The notes: generated by a model not told the origin, from the sequence alone. Counted from the stretch's first letter, positions 17,211 to 26,639 are shown. The stretch: DNA of 32,000 nt from Candidatus Saganbacteria bacterium (GCA_026387835.1 JAPLKZ010000013.1:60001-92000), one strand, 5' to 3'. Numbers and translations are program-made.

Positions 17211-17979
17211 GTCCCGGTATTTTCTTTATATAGAACAGATTAACAGTCAGGGAAAGTTCTTGCAAGTATTTGTTCAGGGACCTGAGGCGTTTTGTGATCT
17301 CTTTAGCCTCTGCCGTCGGCAGTGAGTCGATAGCATCGAGAGAAGAATCGACCTTCCCGTCCCTGAGAAAGAAAAAGTTCGCTTCCCCGGCTGAGCCGAA
17401 CAGGTCAAACAGCAGTCTTTTTGACGAAACAGCTTCGGCTGTCGGCATGTCCGGTTTTGGGAGGAGTTTATATCCTATCAAGAACATGTGGTATTTTCCG
17501 GAAGACAGATAATCCTCCCACTTCTCGCCTTCGCTGTACTTTATCTGCTTGAGTTCGATCCTGACCCCGATCTTTTTAAGGTCGTTTTGAATGGAGTTTG
17601 CTATCTCTATTGTCTTTACCCCGTCGGTGTGGGCAAGCATAAGACCGGAAAGCCTTTTGTCTTTCTTTAAGTATCCCGCTTTTTTGAGCAGTGATGCCGA
17701 TGCATTGAGGTTAAGAGGATATCCTTTTAAGACACCGTCATATCCGTCCATGCCTTTCGGGATCACGCCGGTCGGAACGTTGTCGTCCCTGATGATCTCT
17801 TTGCAAATATATTTACGGTCGACGGCGTATTGGAAAGCCTTCCTGACGGAGCTGCCATTCCTGTCGCCGAAAACATCTTTGTTCGTGTTAAATCCCAAGA
17901 ACCAGACACCGTCATAGCCGGCAGCCAGGCAGCTGGAGCACATCAAGACAAATGTTAATGCTGTTAATATCTTTCTCAT
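17200..17979 (-). CDS. Short family-5 (peptide-type) solute-binding-like protein with signal peptide
   Basis: Signal peptide MRKILTALTFVLMCSSCLAAG, then WFLGFNTNKDVFGDRNGSSVRKAFQYAVDRKYI and ASLLKKAGY...NDLKKIGVRIEL. Only about 259 aa. Confidence 0.75.
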   Translation of the reverse strand: MRKILTALTFVLMCSSCLAAGYDGVWFLGFNTNKDVFGDRNGSSVRKAFQYAVDRKYICKEIIRDDNVPTGVIPKGMDGYDGVLKGYPLNLNASASLLKKAGYLKKDKRLSGLMLAHTDGVKTIEIANSIQNDLKKIGVRIELKQIKYSEGEKWEDYLSSGKYHMFLIGYKLLPKPDMPTAEAVSSKRLLFDLFGSAGEANFFFLRDGKVDSSLDAIDSLPTAEAKEITKRLRSLNKYLQELSLTVNLFYIKKIPGLEN

Positions 17980-17986
17980 CGGTAAA

Positions 17987-17995
17987 ATATTAACA
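17987..17995 (-). promoter_or_regulatory. Extended -10 (TGTTAATAT) for the SBP-like gene
   Basis: Minus strand TGT-TAATAT-TTTACCG-ATG; 7 nt from -10 to ATG (17979). Confidence 0.45.
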
Positions 17996-18119
17996 TATTA
18001 TTGGAACAACTTTTGCCCGGTCCTTGCGGACCTCGGTAGAATCTCAAAAAAGGCCGGACGGGCGGCCAAGGTAAAAATAATGATAGAATAATATGGATTT
18101 GAAAGTAAGGGGAAATAAA

Positions 18120-19214
18120 ATGAAGAACACCCGTTTTATTACAGTCATGACGATCTGCGGTCTCGCTTTTTTCAGCGCTGCGGCGTTTTCTCTTGAGAGC
18201 GCTGACGGGCTTATGGCCCTCAAGAGGATAGAATATAAACCACAGCAGTTAAAACAAGTGAGTTACGCGAAAGCAGCCGACAGCAGCGTAAAAATTGACG
18301 GTGAGATCTTTTTCTATTTCCAGAAATATCTGACACAGACGAGCACCGTTTCATATAATAAATTTGATATCTCCCGCGCGTACATCAATTTCAAAAAAGA
18401 CCTTTCAGAAGGTGCGGCAGTCAGACTGACACTGGATGCCAGCCGGCTGAACCAGGCGACGGACCCGCAGTCTAAAGGCCAATCCCTGCTCGATTTTCTT
18501 AAATATGCTTACTTTGATCTCCCTCTGCTCAATAACCAGAACCTGACAATATCGACAAAGATGGGTCTTCAGCAGACCGCGTGGATACAGTGGGTGGAAA
18601 AAGCGTGGAACAACAGATACATCGCGAAAGTATTTACCGACGACGAGGAACTCATGCCTTCTGCCGATTTCGGAATAGGATTTCAGGGTGTGTTAAAGGC
18701 GGTCAATACTGAATACTGCATGACACTGACAAACGGTTCCGGCTACAAGGATCAGGAGACAACTGCCGGCAAAGATGTGTCCCTGAGGCTTAATAAAGAT
18801 GTGTTCTCAGACCAGCAGAGAGGCAGCGTTTCGCTCGGAGGCTACGTCGTGCTGTCCGACAGGTTCTCTGCCTACTCGGATGAGATCAGGTATGGCGGCC
18901 TGCTCGGGTACAGGAGCGCTTCCAAGACAAATATCTACGCGGAATATGCCGGCGGTAAAAAGAGCGGGAAAGACATCTCGGGATGTTCCGTAGCGGGCTC
19001 CGTTTATTTTGTTCCCGAAGTCTCACTGATCGGCAGGTATGATTATTTCAAGCCTGATATCTCCGCGGCAAACAACGAGGTCCAAAAGACGATAGCAGGC
19101 CTCTCTTTTGAACTGATCAAAGAGATCAGGCTCGCCATTGACGTCCAGTCAACACAAACAGGAGCTTCAGCTCCTGAAAGGGCGATATATCTTAACAGCG
19201 AGATCAAATATTAG
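18120..19214 (+). CDS. Porin-like outer-membrane beta-barrel protein
   Basis: Signal peptide MKNTRFITVMTICGLAFFSAAAFS; DGEIFFYFQKYLT...FDISRAYINFKKDLSEGAAVRLTLDASR; alternating amphipathic strands, ends in ...EIKY. Start chosen after AAGGGG. Confidence 0.65.
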   Translation: MKNTRFITVMTICGLAFFSAAAFSLESADGLMALKRIEYKPQQLKQVSYAKAADSSVKIDGEIFFYFQKYLTQTSTVSYNKFDISRAYINFKKDLSEGAAVRLTLDASRLNQATDPQSKGQSLLDFLKYAYFDLPLLNNQNLTISTKMGLQQTAWIQWVEKAWNNRYIAKVFTDDEELMPSADFGIGFQGVLKAVNTEYCMTLTNGSGYKDQETTAGKDVSLRLNKDVFSDQQRGSVSLGGYVVLSDRFSAYSDEIRYGGLLGYRSASKTNIYAEYAGGKKSGKDISGCSVAGSVYFVPEVSLIGRYDYFKPDISAANNEVQKTIAGLSFELIKEIRLAIDVQSTQTGASAPERAIYLNSEIKY

Positions 19215-19219
19215 GTAAC

Positions 19220-20053
19220 TCAGGTGAGAGAGTCTGATAGTCTCGCGAATTCCGCGATAGACAGCGTCTCGCCCCTTCTTTTGCCGTCGATGCCGGCTTG
19301 AGAGAGAGCCCTGTCGACTTTCTGAGGTTCAAATTTAGTAAGCAGACAATTTCTCAGTGTCTTTCGTCTTTGTGAAAATGAGGTCCTGACCACTTCAAAG
19401 AACGATCTCTCATCCTTTACATCAACAAAAGGTTTTTCTCTGATAGTTAAAAGTATTATCGCCGACCCTACTTCCGGTTGCGGCAGGAAAGAGGACTTTG
19501 GGATATACGAAACGATCTTCGGCTCGGTATGATAATTCACAAAAACGGTGAAACTTCCGTATTCCTTTGTCCCGGGTTTAGCCGTCATCCTTTGCGCAAA
19601 TTCTCTTTGGACGGTCAGTATCGCGAGCGAGATCTGTTCTTTGTTCTCAAGTATTTTCTCGATCACGGGAGTTGTGATGTAATAAGGGACGTTGGCGACG
19701 ATTTTAGTATTGGAAAAGGAAGACAGCAATGTTCCAAGGTCAGCTTTTAAGAAATCATCATTAATCAACTCCACATTTTCATGACCGGCAAGATATTCTT
19801 TCGCGGCTTCAATAATAGTTCTGTCAATTTCGAAGGTAATCACTTTCTTTGCGGTTTTTGCCAGCTCTTTTGTCAGAATGCCGGTGCCTGTTCCGATCTC
19901 GATCACCGTGTCAGACGATCGGATGTCGCCCGCTTTTACTATCCTGTCCAGAGCGGCTTTATCGACAAGAAGGTTCTGGCCAAGCGAACGTTTTAAACGG
20001 ATGTCGTATTTATTAAGGAGATGCTTAGTTTGTCCGGAAAAAGATTGTTCCAT
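19220..20053 (-). CDS. rsmA: 16S rRNA (adenine1518-N6/adenine1519-N6)-dimethyltransferase
   Basis: LKRSLGQNLLVDKAALDRIV, VIEIGTGTGILTKELA, KIVANVPYYITTPVI. Confidence 0.96.
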   Translation of the reverse strand: MEQSFSGQTKHLLNKYDIRLKRSLGQNLLVDKAALDRIVKAGDIRSSDTVIEIGTGTGILTKELAKTAKKVITFEIDRTIIEAAKEYLAGHENVELINDDFLKADLGTLLSSFSNTKIVANVPYYITTPVIEKILENKEQISLAILTVQREFAQRMTAKPGTKEYGSFTVFVNYHTEPKIVSYIPKSSFLPQPEVGSAIILLTIREKPFVDVKDERSFFEVVRTSFSQRRKTLRNCLLTKFEPQKVDRALSQAGIDGKRRGETLSIAEFARLSDSLT

Positions 20054-20060
20054 GCATTTT

Positions 20061-20090
20061 GAATTTCGCGCTTCGAATTTCGAATTTTTA
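20061..20090 (-). repeat. Third copy of the CGAAAT dispersed repeat, between rsmA and pdxA
   Basis: Minus strand TAAAAATTCGAAATTCGAAGCGCGAAATTC; matches the core in dxr (AAATCCGAAATCCGAAGCACGAAATCC). Confidence 0.65.
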
Positions 20091-21116
20091 CTCTTTCTTC
20101 TTCAACACCATCATTGTAGCGACTTTTATGGCCTGGACCATGCTCCCTGGATTTGCCCAGCCTTTGCCGGCGATGTCAAAACCGGTCCCGTGGTCCACGG
20201 AGGTCCTTATTATCGGAAGTCCTATGGTGACATTGACAGATCTGTTGAATGACAGGAGCTTTAAAGGTATCAGTCCCTGATCATGGTACATTGCAACAAC
20301 TATATCGAACATTCCTATGTTTGCGAGATAAAATATAGCATCTGCGGATATCGGACCTTTTACGTCTATGCCAAGCTTCTTTGCTTCTTCCACCGCGGGC
20401 CGTATTATCTTTTCTTCTTCCTGGCCGAATATCCCGCCTTCACCTGCATGAGGGTTGAGTCCGGCAACTCCTATCTTGGGTGATTTACCCAGCAGCCTGT
20501 GAAGCTCTTTATCGACAAGCTTAATGAGGTTCAGTATCTTTTTCTTGTCCAGCTCTTTCGGGACCTGGGACAGGGGAATGTGCGTCGTCACAAGCGCGAC
20601 CCGGATGGAATCCGAAAGGAACATCATGGCATAATTTGTCGTGCCGGTCTTTTTTGCCAGGAGTTCGGTGTGCCCGTCGAATTTATAGCCCGCTTTGTGC
20701 ACTGCTTCTTTATTTATCGGGGCTGTCGCTATAGCGTGGACTTTTCCTTCAAGCGCAAGATCGACGGCTCTTTCCACATATTTTATAGCCGCTCTGCCGG
20801 CTTCCGCGGAGATCTTCCCGATCTTAAGCTTTGAGACCTCCACGTTGTCCATGTCGAGGATATTGATCATTCCGGCCTGGAAGTTCCCGTTGTCTATCCT
20901 TTTTATCTCGTTAAGCACGAGAGGTGATACCTTTGCAACTTTCATCGCGTTCTTCATCACCGACGCGTCCCCGATGACGACAGGCCTGCAGAGCCTGTTT
21001 ATCTCTGCCGTCGAAAGGGCTTTGATGATTATCTCAGGGCCTATGCCCGCGGGGTCTCCCATCGTGACCGCGATTATCGGCCGTTTGTCCAGATCGGCTT
21101 TGTTCTTATTTGTCAT
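20088..21116 (-). CDS. pdxA: 4-hydroxythreonine-4-phosphate dehydrogenase
   Basis: IAVTMGDPAGIGPEII, YKFDGHTELLAKKTG, GLNPHAGEGGIFGQEE, MYHDQGLIPLKLLSF. Confidence 0.96.
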   Translation of the reverse strand: MTNKNKADLDKRPIIAVTMGDPAGIGPEIIIKALSTAEINRLCRPVVIGDASVMKNAMKVAKVSPLVLNEIKRIDNGNFQAGMINILDMDNVEVSKLKIGKISAEAGRAAIKYVERAVDLALEGKVHAIATAPINKEAVHKAGYKFDGHTELLAKKTGTTNYAMMFLSDSIRVALVTTHIPLSQVPKELDKKKILNLIKLVDKELHRLLGKSPKIGVAGLNPHAGEGGIFGQEEEKIIRPAVEEAKKLGIDVKGPISADAIFYLANIGMFDIVVAMYHDQGLIPLKLLSFNRSVNVTIGLPIIRTSVDHGTGFDIAGKGWANPGSMVQAIKVATMMVLKKKE

Positions 21117-22314
21117 ATTTTATACCTGCCTTTTCCATTCTGTTTATTGCTTCGGTGATCCGTTCTTTTGTGTCGATAAGAGCGATCCTGACATAACCTT
21201 CTCCGAGATCGCCAAAACCTATCCCCGGAGACACCACCACACCGGCTTTTTTAAGAAGTTCCATAAAAAAACTTGTGGAATTATAACCTTTAGGCACTTC
21301 GATCCATACATACATAGAGCCCTTCGGGCTTTCGATCTTCCAGCCGAGTTTCTGAAGCCCTGCTATCAGGACATCTCTTCTTTCCTGGTATTTCTGTCTT
21401 GTCTCGTCAAGATAGGATTTTGGAAGCTGCATCGCGGCAATACCGGCTTTTTGGGTCGCGGCAAAAAGACCGTAATCAAGATTGGTCTTCATCTTCCGCA
21501 GACTCGCAATAAGTTCGCGATTGCCAACGACAAACCCGATCCTCCAGCCCGCCATGCTGAAAGTCTTTGAAAGAGTGTGGAACTCTATGGCGATGTCTTT
21601 TGCCCCGTGGACCTCAAGCAGACTATGCGGTTTGTTCCCGTTAAAATATATTTCGGCATACGCGAAGTCGTGGATCAAAATGATGCTGTGTTTTTTACAG
21701 AAAGCGACCGCTTTTTCAAAGAACTCAAGCGGAGCCACGGCGCCGGTCGGGTTTGTGGGATAACTCAGGAACATCATCCTTGCTTTGTTCGCGATGGCTT
21801 CGTCTATTACGGTCAGGTCCGGGACATAACCCGTCTTTTCGCTTGTCGGCATCACTATAAGTGTTCCGCCGGCAAGGAGCGTCCCCCTGAAATGCGCCGG
21901 ATATGCCGGAAGAGGGACCAGTGTCGTATCGCCCTGTTCTATGAACGCGAAAGCAAGATGGACTAAACCTTCCTTTGAACCGATGAGAGGTATTATTTCC
22001 TTGTCAGCATCGATATCGATCTTGTATTGTTCGCGGCACCACTTTACAGACGCATGCCTGAACTCAGGAAGGCCGTCAAAACTTGGATACCTGTGATTTA
22101 TTGGTTCATCGAGAGCATTTTTCATTGCCTCAACGACAGCCGGAGGTGTGGGGAAGTCCGGGCTTGCCATGCTGAGGTCTATGAGGTCTTTTCCCTTAGC
22201 GCGCTCTTCCTGTTTCAATTTATCGGTCGTGTCGAACACGTAAGTGGGGAGATCCCTTAATCTTTTTGCTTCTTCAAACATGTGCTTCGCTCGCTTTGTA
22301 TGAACTTCTGACAA
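21106..22314 (-). CDS. Class I/II PLP-dependent aminotransferase (LL-diaminopimelate/alanine aminotransferase-like)
   Basis: IDLSMASPDFPTPPAVVEAM, FLSYPTNPTGAVAP, LIHDFAYAEIYF, EFHTLSKTFSMAGWRIGFVVG. The true start may be M12 (22281), limiting overlap with lipA. Confidence 0.92.
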   Translation of the reverse strand: MSEVHTKRAKHMFEEAKRLRDLPTYVFDTTDKLKQEERAKGKDLIDLSMASPDFPTPPAVVEAMKNALDEPINHRYPSFDGLPEFRHASVKWCREQYKIDIDADKEIIPLIGSKEGLVHLAFAFIEQGDTTLVPLPAYPAHFRGTLLAGGTLIVMPTSEKTGYVPDLTVIDEAIANKARMMFLSYPTNPTGAVAPLEFFEKAVAFCKKHSIILIHDFAYAEIYFNGNKPHSLLEVHGAKDIAIEFHTLSKTFSMAGWRIGFVVGNRELIASLRKMKTNLDYGLFAATQKAGIAAMQLPKSYLDETRQKYQERRDVLIAGLQKLGWKIESPKGSMYVWIEVPKGYNSTSFFMELLKKAGVVVSPGIGFGDLGEGYVRIALIDTKERITEAINRMEKAGIKYDK

Positions 22315-23119
22315 AAGGTCCGGAAAAAACTTTTTTGAAACCCATGCGTTCCCCTATATCTTTATAATCATCGAAATCAGATGGTTTTATATATTCCAAG
22401 ACTTCGACCTGTTCTTTTGAAGGCTGAAGGTACTGACCTATGGTCAAAATATCACAATCAACTTCGCGCAAATCTTCCATCAGCGCGATAACTTCTTCCT
22501 TCGTTTCTCCTAATCCTAACATAATCCCGCTCTTTGTGTAAAGCGAGGGATCCCTGTCTTTTACAGCCCTCAGGAGTGAAAGCGACCTTCCGTAATCCGC
22601 CTGGGATCTTACAGCAGGGTAAAGTCTTTTAACAGTTTCGAGGTTATGGTTGATGATATTTGGCTTAATATCGATGATCTTGCCGATGCACCCTTCATTT
22701 CCTTTAAAATCAGGGACCAATACTTCTATTTTGGTCCCGGGGAGCAGGCTTCTGATCTCACGGATAGTTCTGACAAATTGATCCGCTCCTCCGTCTTCAA
22801 GATCGTCACGGGTGACAGAAGTTATTACTACATATTTTAGTCCGAGCCTTTTTGCCGCATCAGCAACCTTTTTAGGTTCATCTTCATCGGGCGGTGAAGC
22901 ATGCCCGTGACTGACCGCGCAAAATCCGCAATTCCTTGTGCAGATATTTCCAAGGATCATAAAAGTGACCGTTCTGTTCAGATAACATTCCCCGATGTTC
23001 GGACACTTCGCGCTTTCACATACCGTATGTACGGAGTCATCGTCCAGAAGACTGTGGATCTCTCTGATGTTCTGTGATTTTGGAGTACGTTTAATGAGCC
23101 ACTGCGGCAAGGTTTCCAT
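22274..23119 (-). CDS. lipA: Lipoyl synthase
   Basis: CESAKCPNIGEC and CTRNCGFC clusters; VITSVTRDDLEDGGADQFV; LGLGETKEEV. Confidence 0.97.
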   Translation of the reverse strand: METLPQWLIKRTPKSQNIREIHSLLDDDSVHTVCESAKCPNIGECYLNRTVTFMILGNICTRNCGFCAVSHGHASPPDEDEPKKVADAAKRLGLKYVVITSVTRDDLEDGGADQFVRTIREIRSLLPGTKIEVLVPDFKGNEGCIGKIIDIKPNIINHNLETVKRLYPAVRSQADYGRSLSLLRAVKDRDPSLYTKSGIMLGLGETKEEVIALMEDLREVDCDILTIGQYLQPSKEQVEVLEYIKPSDFDDYKDIGERMGFKKVFSGPFVRSSYKASEAHV

Positions 23120-23125
23120 ACTGAT

Positions 23126-23131
23126 ATTATA
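23126..23131 (-). promoter_or_regulatory. -10 box (TATAAT) for lipA, predicted leaderless
   Basis: Minus strand TATAAT-ATCAGT-ATG; exactly 6 nt from -10 to ATG (23119); no clear -35. Confidence 0.6.
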
Positions 23132-23150
23132 CCCAAAATGGATGCAAGTT

Positions 23151-23179
23151 TTGTTATATGCCTGCCGATATATTATAAA
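23151..23179 (+). promoter_or_regulatory. Possible promoter for the 853-aa gene
   Basis: TTGTTA (23151-23156), 17 nt, TATAAA (23174-23179). Confidence 0.4.
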
Positions 23180-23247
23180 GTCGTTTGATATTAATTAATA
23201 CCGAAAGTTTGCCTGTTGGGTTCGGCATTATTATTTATGGAGGGTAT

Positions 23248-25809
23248 ATGGACGGAGCAAAGCCTGCAGATCTGAATGTTAAACCGGAGTTGGCTCAATC
23301 ACTCATTGGCAAGCCGCAGTTTACAAGAGAACCAATTACTGCACCTGTCCCCATAGAAAGACCGGACATGAAAGTGGTCGAACAGCCAGTGGTCCCCGAG
23401 TTCCGGTGGGCTCAGTATGTTCCGAGTATTCCAAAGGACAAGATAGATGAAATAGACAGTGTAGTAGCGGCAGAAGAAAAGAAAATGAAAGGTGCCGGGA
23501 TAGATACAGAAAAACTTAAAAAGGAAATGGGGCTCGGCCCCCTTCAATGGAAAATGTTCTGTGAAAGCCTGGCGAGTCCGAAGTTACTTGCACAGGACAA
23601 AGAATTATTTCAGAAATACCTGAAAGCCCTGACAGGTGACGGTTCGGGACTAAGTGTTTTGACGGAAAAAATATCCGGGCGTATTGCAGACGTGTTTTTC
23701 GATGCTTTGGAGAAATATTCCGGCAAAGAGGACCCGGGAAAAAGGCTAAAGAATTTTGATGCCATGTTTGAACTGGTCACATATTTCACAAGCAGGGAAC
23801 AGGCCCAGATGCTGAGCGGTTTAGACGAAAGGATATCAAAACTGCTTACTGAACAGAATAAGTCCTTGTTTAATTTTATTAATAACCGTGACCTGAAAAG
23901 AAAAGAAAAAGTCCGCGAGATTTTGGAAGCTTATAAAAACGCTTTTAACGGCGGAATATTCGGGACACGGGAAAGAGCCGACAATTTCAGGGCAATGTCG
24001 ATGCTTAATATGTTCGCATTGCTTAAAGATGTTGATCAGACAGCTATGTCGTTTGATAAAGAATTCGGCAAGTATGAGGATATCAAAGAAATTGCGACAA
24101 GGATATTATCTCTTTCAAACGAAGCGAATTCTGCTTCAAAGTTAGACGACTATGCCGTGCGGGGTAAGTTCCTGGAAGATTACCAGGAGCTGATAGGGAA
24201 ATATTATGCCGAACTATGCAAGGAAAAGCCGGATCATGAAAGGGTACGCAAGTTGGGGATGATAGCCGCGCAAAGCGACGAGTTGTTTTTTAATCTCAGC
24301 ATACTGTTTAAAGAAAGAGACAAAATAATCAGTATAGTCGCGAAAAATTTCCCTTCTGTAAAATCCGATCAGAAACACTCCGTCTTTGTATGCGCGACTT
24401 CAGCACTTCCTGACAAGGTCATCGGGATCGATATCAAGGGGACCCTTGAAGGCATCAAGTTAGAAGACGGGACCACTCTCCTGGATTACGTAAAGAGCAA
24501 CAGCAGGTTCATTGTCTTTTCGGATGATTACAAAGATGATGAAAGCCGTCTTGCTTTTATCGGCGGCGGCAGCGCAGGATGCTACGCCGGGGCAGGCGTG
24601 ATAATGATCAACGCAAAAGCATTAAAAGCGTTGAAAGACACGGGGAAAATAAAAACAGAGCTTGTCATGATCTTAAGCCATGAAACCAGGCACGCGGCAG
24701 ACGACAGGCGTTTAAGCGTAGATTCTGATGCGAGATTTTCAACGATCACGGAACTGAACGCATACAAATTCGAGCTCAAAATAATGCAGCAATTGATGAC
24801 GGCAGACGAGAGGGAACATGTTGAAGCTTTGGTAAAAGGGGCCGGAGAAATAGTGGCGCTATTCAAACAGGGGCACGATATCGACCTGAACGTTTATCCG
24901 ACGAAGACCCCTGCATTCATAGCATTCGAAATGACATCCCGGCTTTCCCTTGCAGGTATAATATCAAAGAAAGAAAGGAATGGTTTTCAGGCGATATTCG
25001 ATGATGCCCTTCTGGGAAAGGTAAAGCTTGAGGATGTGGCGGATAAAAGATTTCAAGATGTAACGCTGAAAATCATCTATTTTCTAAGACCGGTACTCGC
25101 GGGGAAGGATTACAAGAGCGCAATAATCGCGTTAAAAACCCCCCCGGTCGACAGTAAAGCAGAACAAGGTAAAAATCAGATAGACGATAATGATGTCTTA
25201 AACTTTCTCGTCAAGGAAACGAATAAAATTATCGGTAATTGCGCTTCTTTGTGCTTAAGTGCCGGAGTCTTGACGGAAGCAGAGGCGGAAAAGACAATTG
25301 CTCCTATTTATGACGTGATCTTTAACGGTGCAAAACTGGAAAATATAAATAATGAGGGATTTTGCCGGATGTTCATGATGTTTTTGCCAATGTCTTATTC
25401 GGAGATCAAGACAAAAAATTATAAGGAAGCTATTGCAGGATTGATAAAAAACGGGAAAACCGACAAGTCGATAATGATAGACATAGTTAAACAGGCGGTG
25501 AAGAGAAATAATCTCACCAATGAGGTAATAGAGTTTCTCTCAAAAAGAGCGACCGGCGGAGAAAAGATCAATGAAGAAACGATAAAAATAATTTTGGGAT
25601 TGAACCTGGGCTTGATAGACCTCTTTCAGATCAAAGATGAGAATTTCCGATCGTTGACATTGAGGCTGTTCAAGAGTTCAAGGATAAAAGGGGAAATAAA
25701 AAATTATAATGAAGCGGTAGAATTTTTACATGAAAAATATCCGAAAATTAAGGATGACTCAGAATTATTTATTGCTTTTTTAAGAGAAGTATATAAGTCG
25801 CATCAATAA
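23248..25809 (+). CDS. Large uncharacterised protein with a HExxH motif
   Basis: 853 aa from ATG at 23248 with GGAGGG directly upstream; MILSHETRHAADDRRLS...ITELNAYKFELKIM suggests a gluzincin-type site; mostly helical elsewhere. Confidence 0.75.
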   Translation: MDGAKPADLNVKPELAQSLIGKPQFTREPITAPVPIERPDMKVVEQPVVPEFRWAQYVPSIPKDKIDEIDSVVAAEEKKMKGAGIDTEKLKKEMGLGPLQWKMFCESLASPKLLAQDKELFQKYLKALTGDGSGLSVLTEKISGRIADVFFDALEKYSGKEDPGKRLKNFDAMFELVTYFTSREQAQMLSGLDERISKLLTEQNKSLFNFINNRDLKRKEKVREILEAYKNAFNGGIFGTRERADNFRAMSMLNMFALLKDVDQTAMSFDKEFGKYEDIKEIATRILSLSNEANSASKLDDYAVRGKFLEDYQELIGKYYAELCKEKPDHERVRKLGMIAAQSDELFFNLSILFKERDKIISIVAKNFPSVKSDQKHSVFVCATSALPDKVIGIDIKGTLEGIKLEDGTTLLDYVKSNSRFIVFSDDYKDDESRLAFIGGGSAGCYAGAGVIMINAKALKALKDTGKIKTELVMILSHETRHAADDRRLSVDSDARFSTITELNAYKFELKIMQQLMTADEREHVEALVKGAGEIVALFKQGHDIDLNVYPTKTPAFIAFEMTSRLSLAGIISKKERNGFQAIFDDALLGKVKLEDVADKRFQDVTLKIIYFLRPVLAGKDYKSAIIALKTPPVDSKAEQGKNQIDDNDVLNFLVKETNKIIGNCASLCLSAGVLTEAEAEKTIAPIYDVIFNGAKLENINNEGFCRMFMMFLPMSYSEIKTKNYKEAIAGLIKNGKTDKSIMIDIVKQAVKRNNLTNEVIEFLSKRATGGEKINEETIKIILGLNLGLIDLFQIKDENFRSLTLRLFKSSRIKGEIKNYNEAVEFLHEKYPKIKDDSELFIAFLREVYKSHQ

Positions 25810-25813
25810 GGCC

Positions 25814-26599
25814 ATGCCGGAATTGTTGTCATTCTCTCGATTATATAATAGAATTAATCATCAGATGGCAACACTTCTCTGGATAATCGGGGCGACGGTC
25901 GTAGACAGCCTGATGGGGCTTGCGGGAATCGTAAGCCTCTGGATGCGGCCGGACACTCTGAACAGGTTCATTAAATTCTTCATAGCTTTTTCTGCGGGAG
26001 TGCTTATCGGCGGGGCATTTTTCCATCTTCTTGTGGAATCTCTTTCCCTGCTTTCACCAAATCTAACTTTTCTAACAACTGTCATCGGTTTTCTCCTATT
26101 CTTCGTCTTTGAAGAATATCTGCACTGGCACCTTTGCGAAGAATGCGAGATACACCCCTACAGTTATCTGATGATAGTGGGGGATAGCATACATAATATA
26201 ATTGACGGTCTTGTCATAGCGGGAGCTTTCATCGTTAGCGTCCCTCTCGGAGTGGTGACGACAATAATGATCCTTGGTCATGAGATCCCGCAGGAGCTCG
26301 GAGTGTTCGCGATACTGGTTTCCGGTGGCATTAAGAACACAAAAGCAATAGCTTACAGCTTCTTCGCGCAGTGTTCATGCGTGCTGGGCGGTATCATCGG
26401 GTTCATGTTCATGCAGAGGATCACGGTCCTTTCTTCATTCCTTCTACCGTTCGCTGCAGGAGGATTTATTTACATTGCCGCTTCCGACCTTATTCCGGGT
26501 ATGCACAAGACCGAAGGTTTTGGTAAAGTCACCTCGTTCATCTGGCTTTGTCTCGGCATTGCGTTCATGATCGCGGCAAAAGCCCTGTTCGGGGCATGA
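25814..26599 (+). CDS. ZIP family metal transporter
   Basis: AGVLIGGAFFHLLVESL, GDSIHNIIDGLVIAGAFI, ILGHEIPQELGVFAILVSGG, PFAAGGFIYIAASDLIPGM. Confidence 0.93.
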   Translation: MPELLSFSRLYNRINHQMATLLWIIGATVVDSLMGLAGIVSLWMRPDTLNRFIKFFIAFSAGVLIGGAFFHLLVESLSLLSPNLTFLTTVIGFLLFFVFEEYLHWHLCEECEIHPYSYLMIVGDSIHNIIDGLVIAGAFIVSVPLGVVTTIMILGHEIPQELGVFAILVSGGIKNTKAIAYSFFAQCSCVLGGIIGFMFMQRITVLSSFLLPFAAGGFIYIAASDLIPGMHKTEGFGKVTSFIWLCLGIAFMIAAKALFGA

Positions 26600-26610
26600 T
26601 CTCCTCTAAG

Positions 26611-26639
26611 TTGAACTGAATATTCATATCTGATAAAAT
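26611..26639 (+). promoter_or_regulatory. Promoter of the ilvB-ilvN-ilvC(-dxr) cluster
   Basis: TTGAAC (26611-26616), 17 nt, TAAAAT (26634-26639); short leader before ATG (26665). Confidence 0.55.

Noticed and set aside
18093-18119. Upstream start (MDLKVRGNK) for the porin-like gene
   Set aside because: The start at 18120 is preceded by AAGGGG and directly yields a normal signal peptide.
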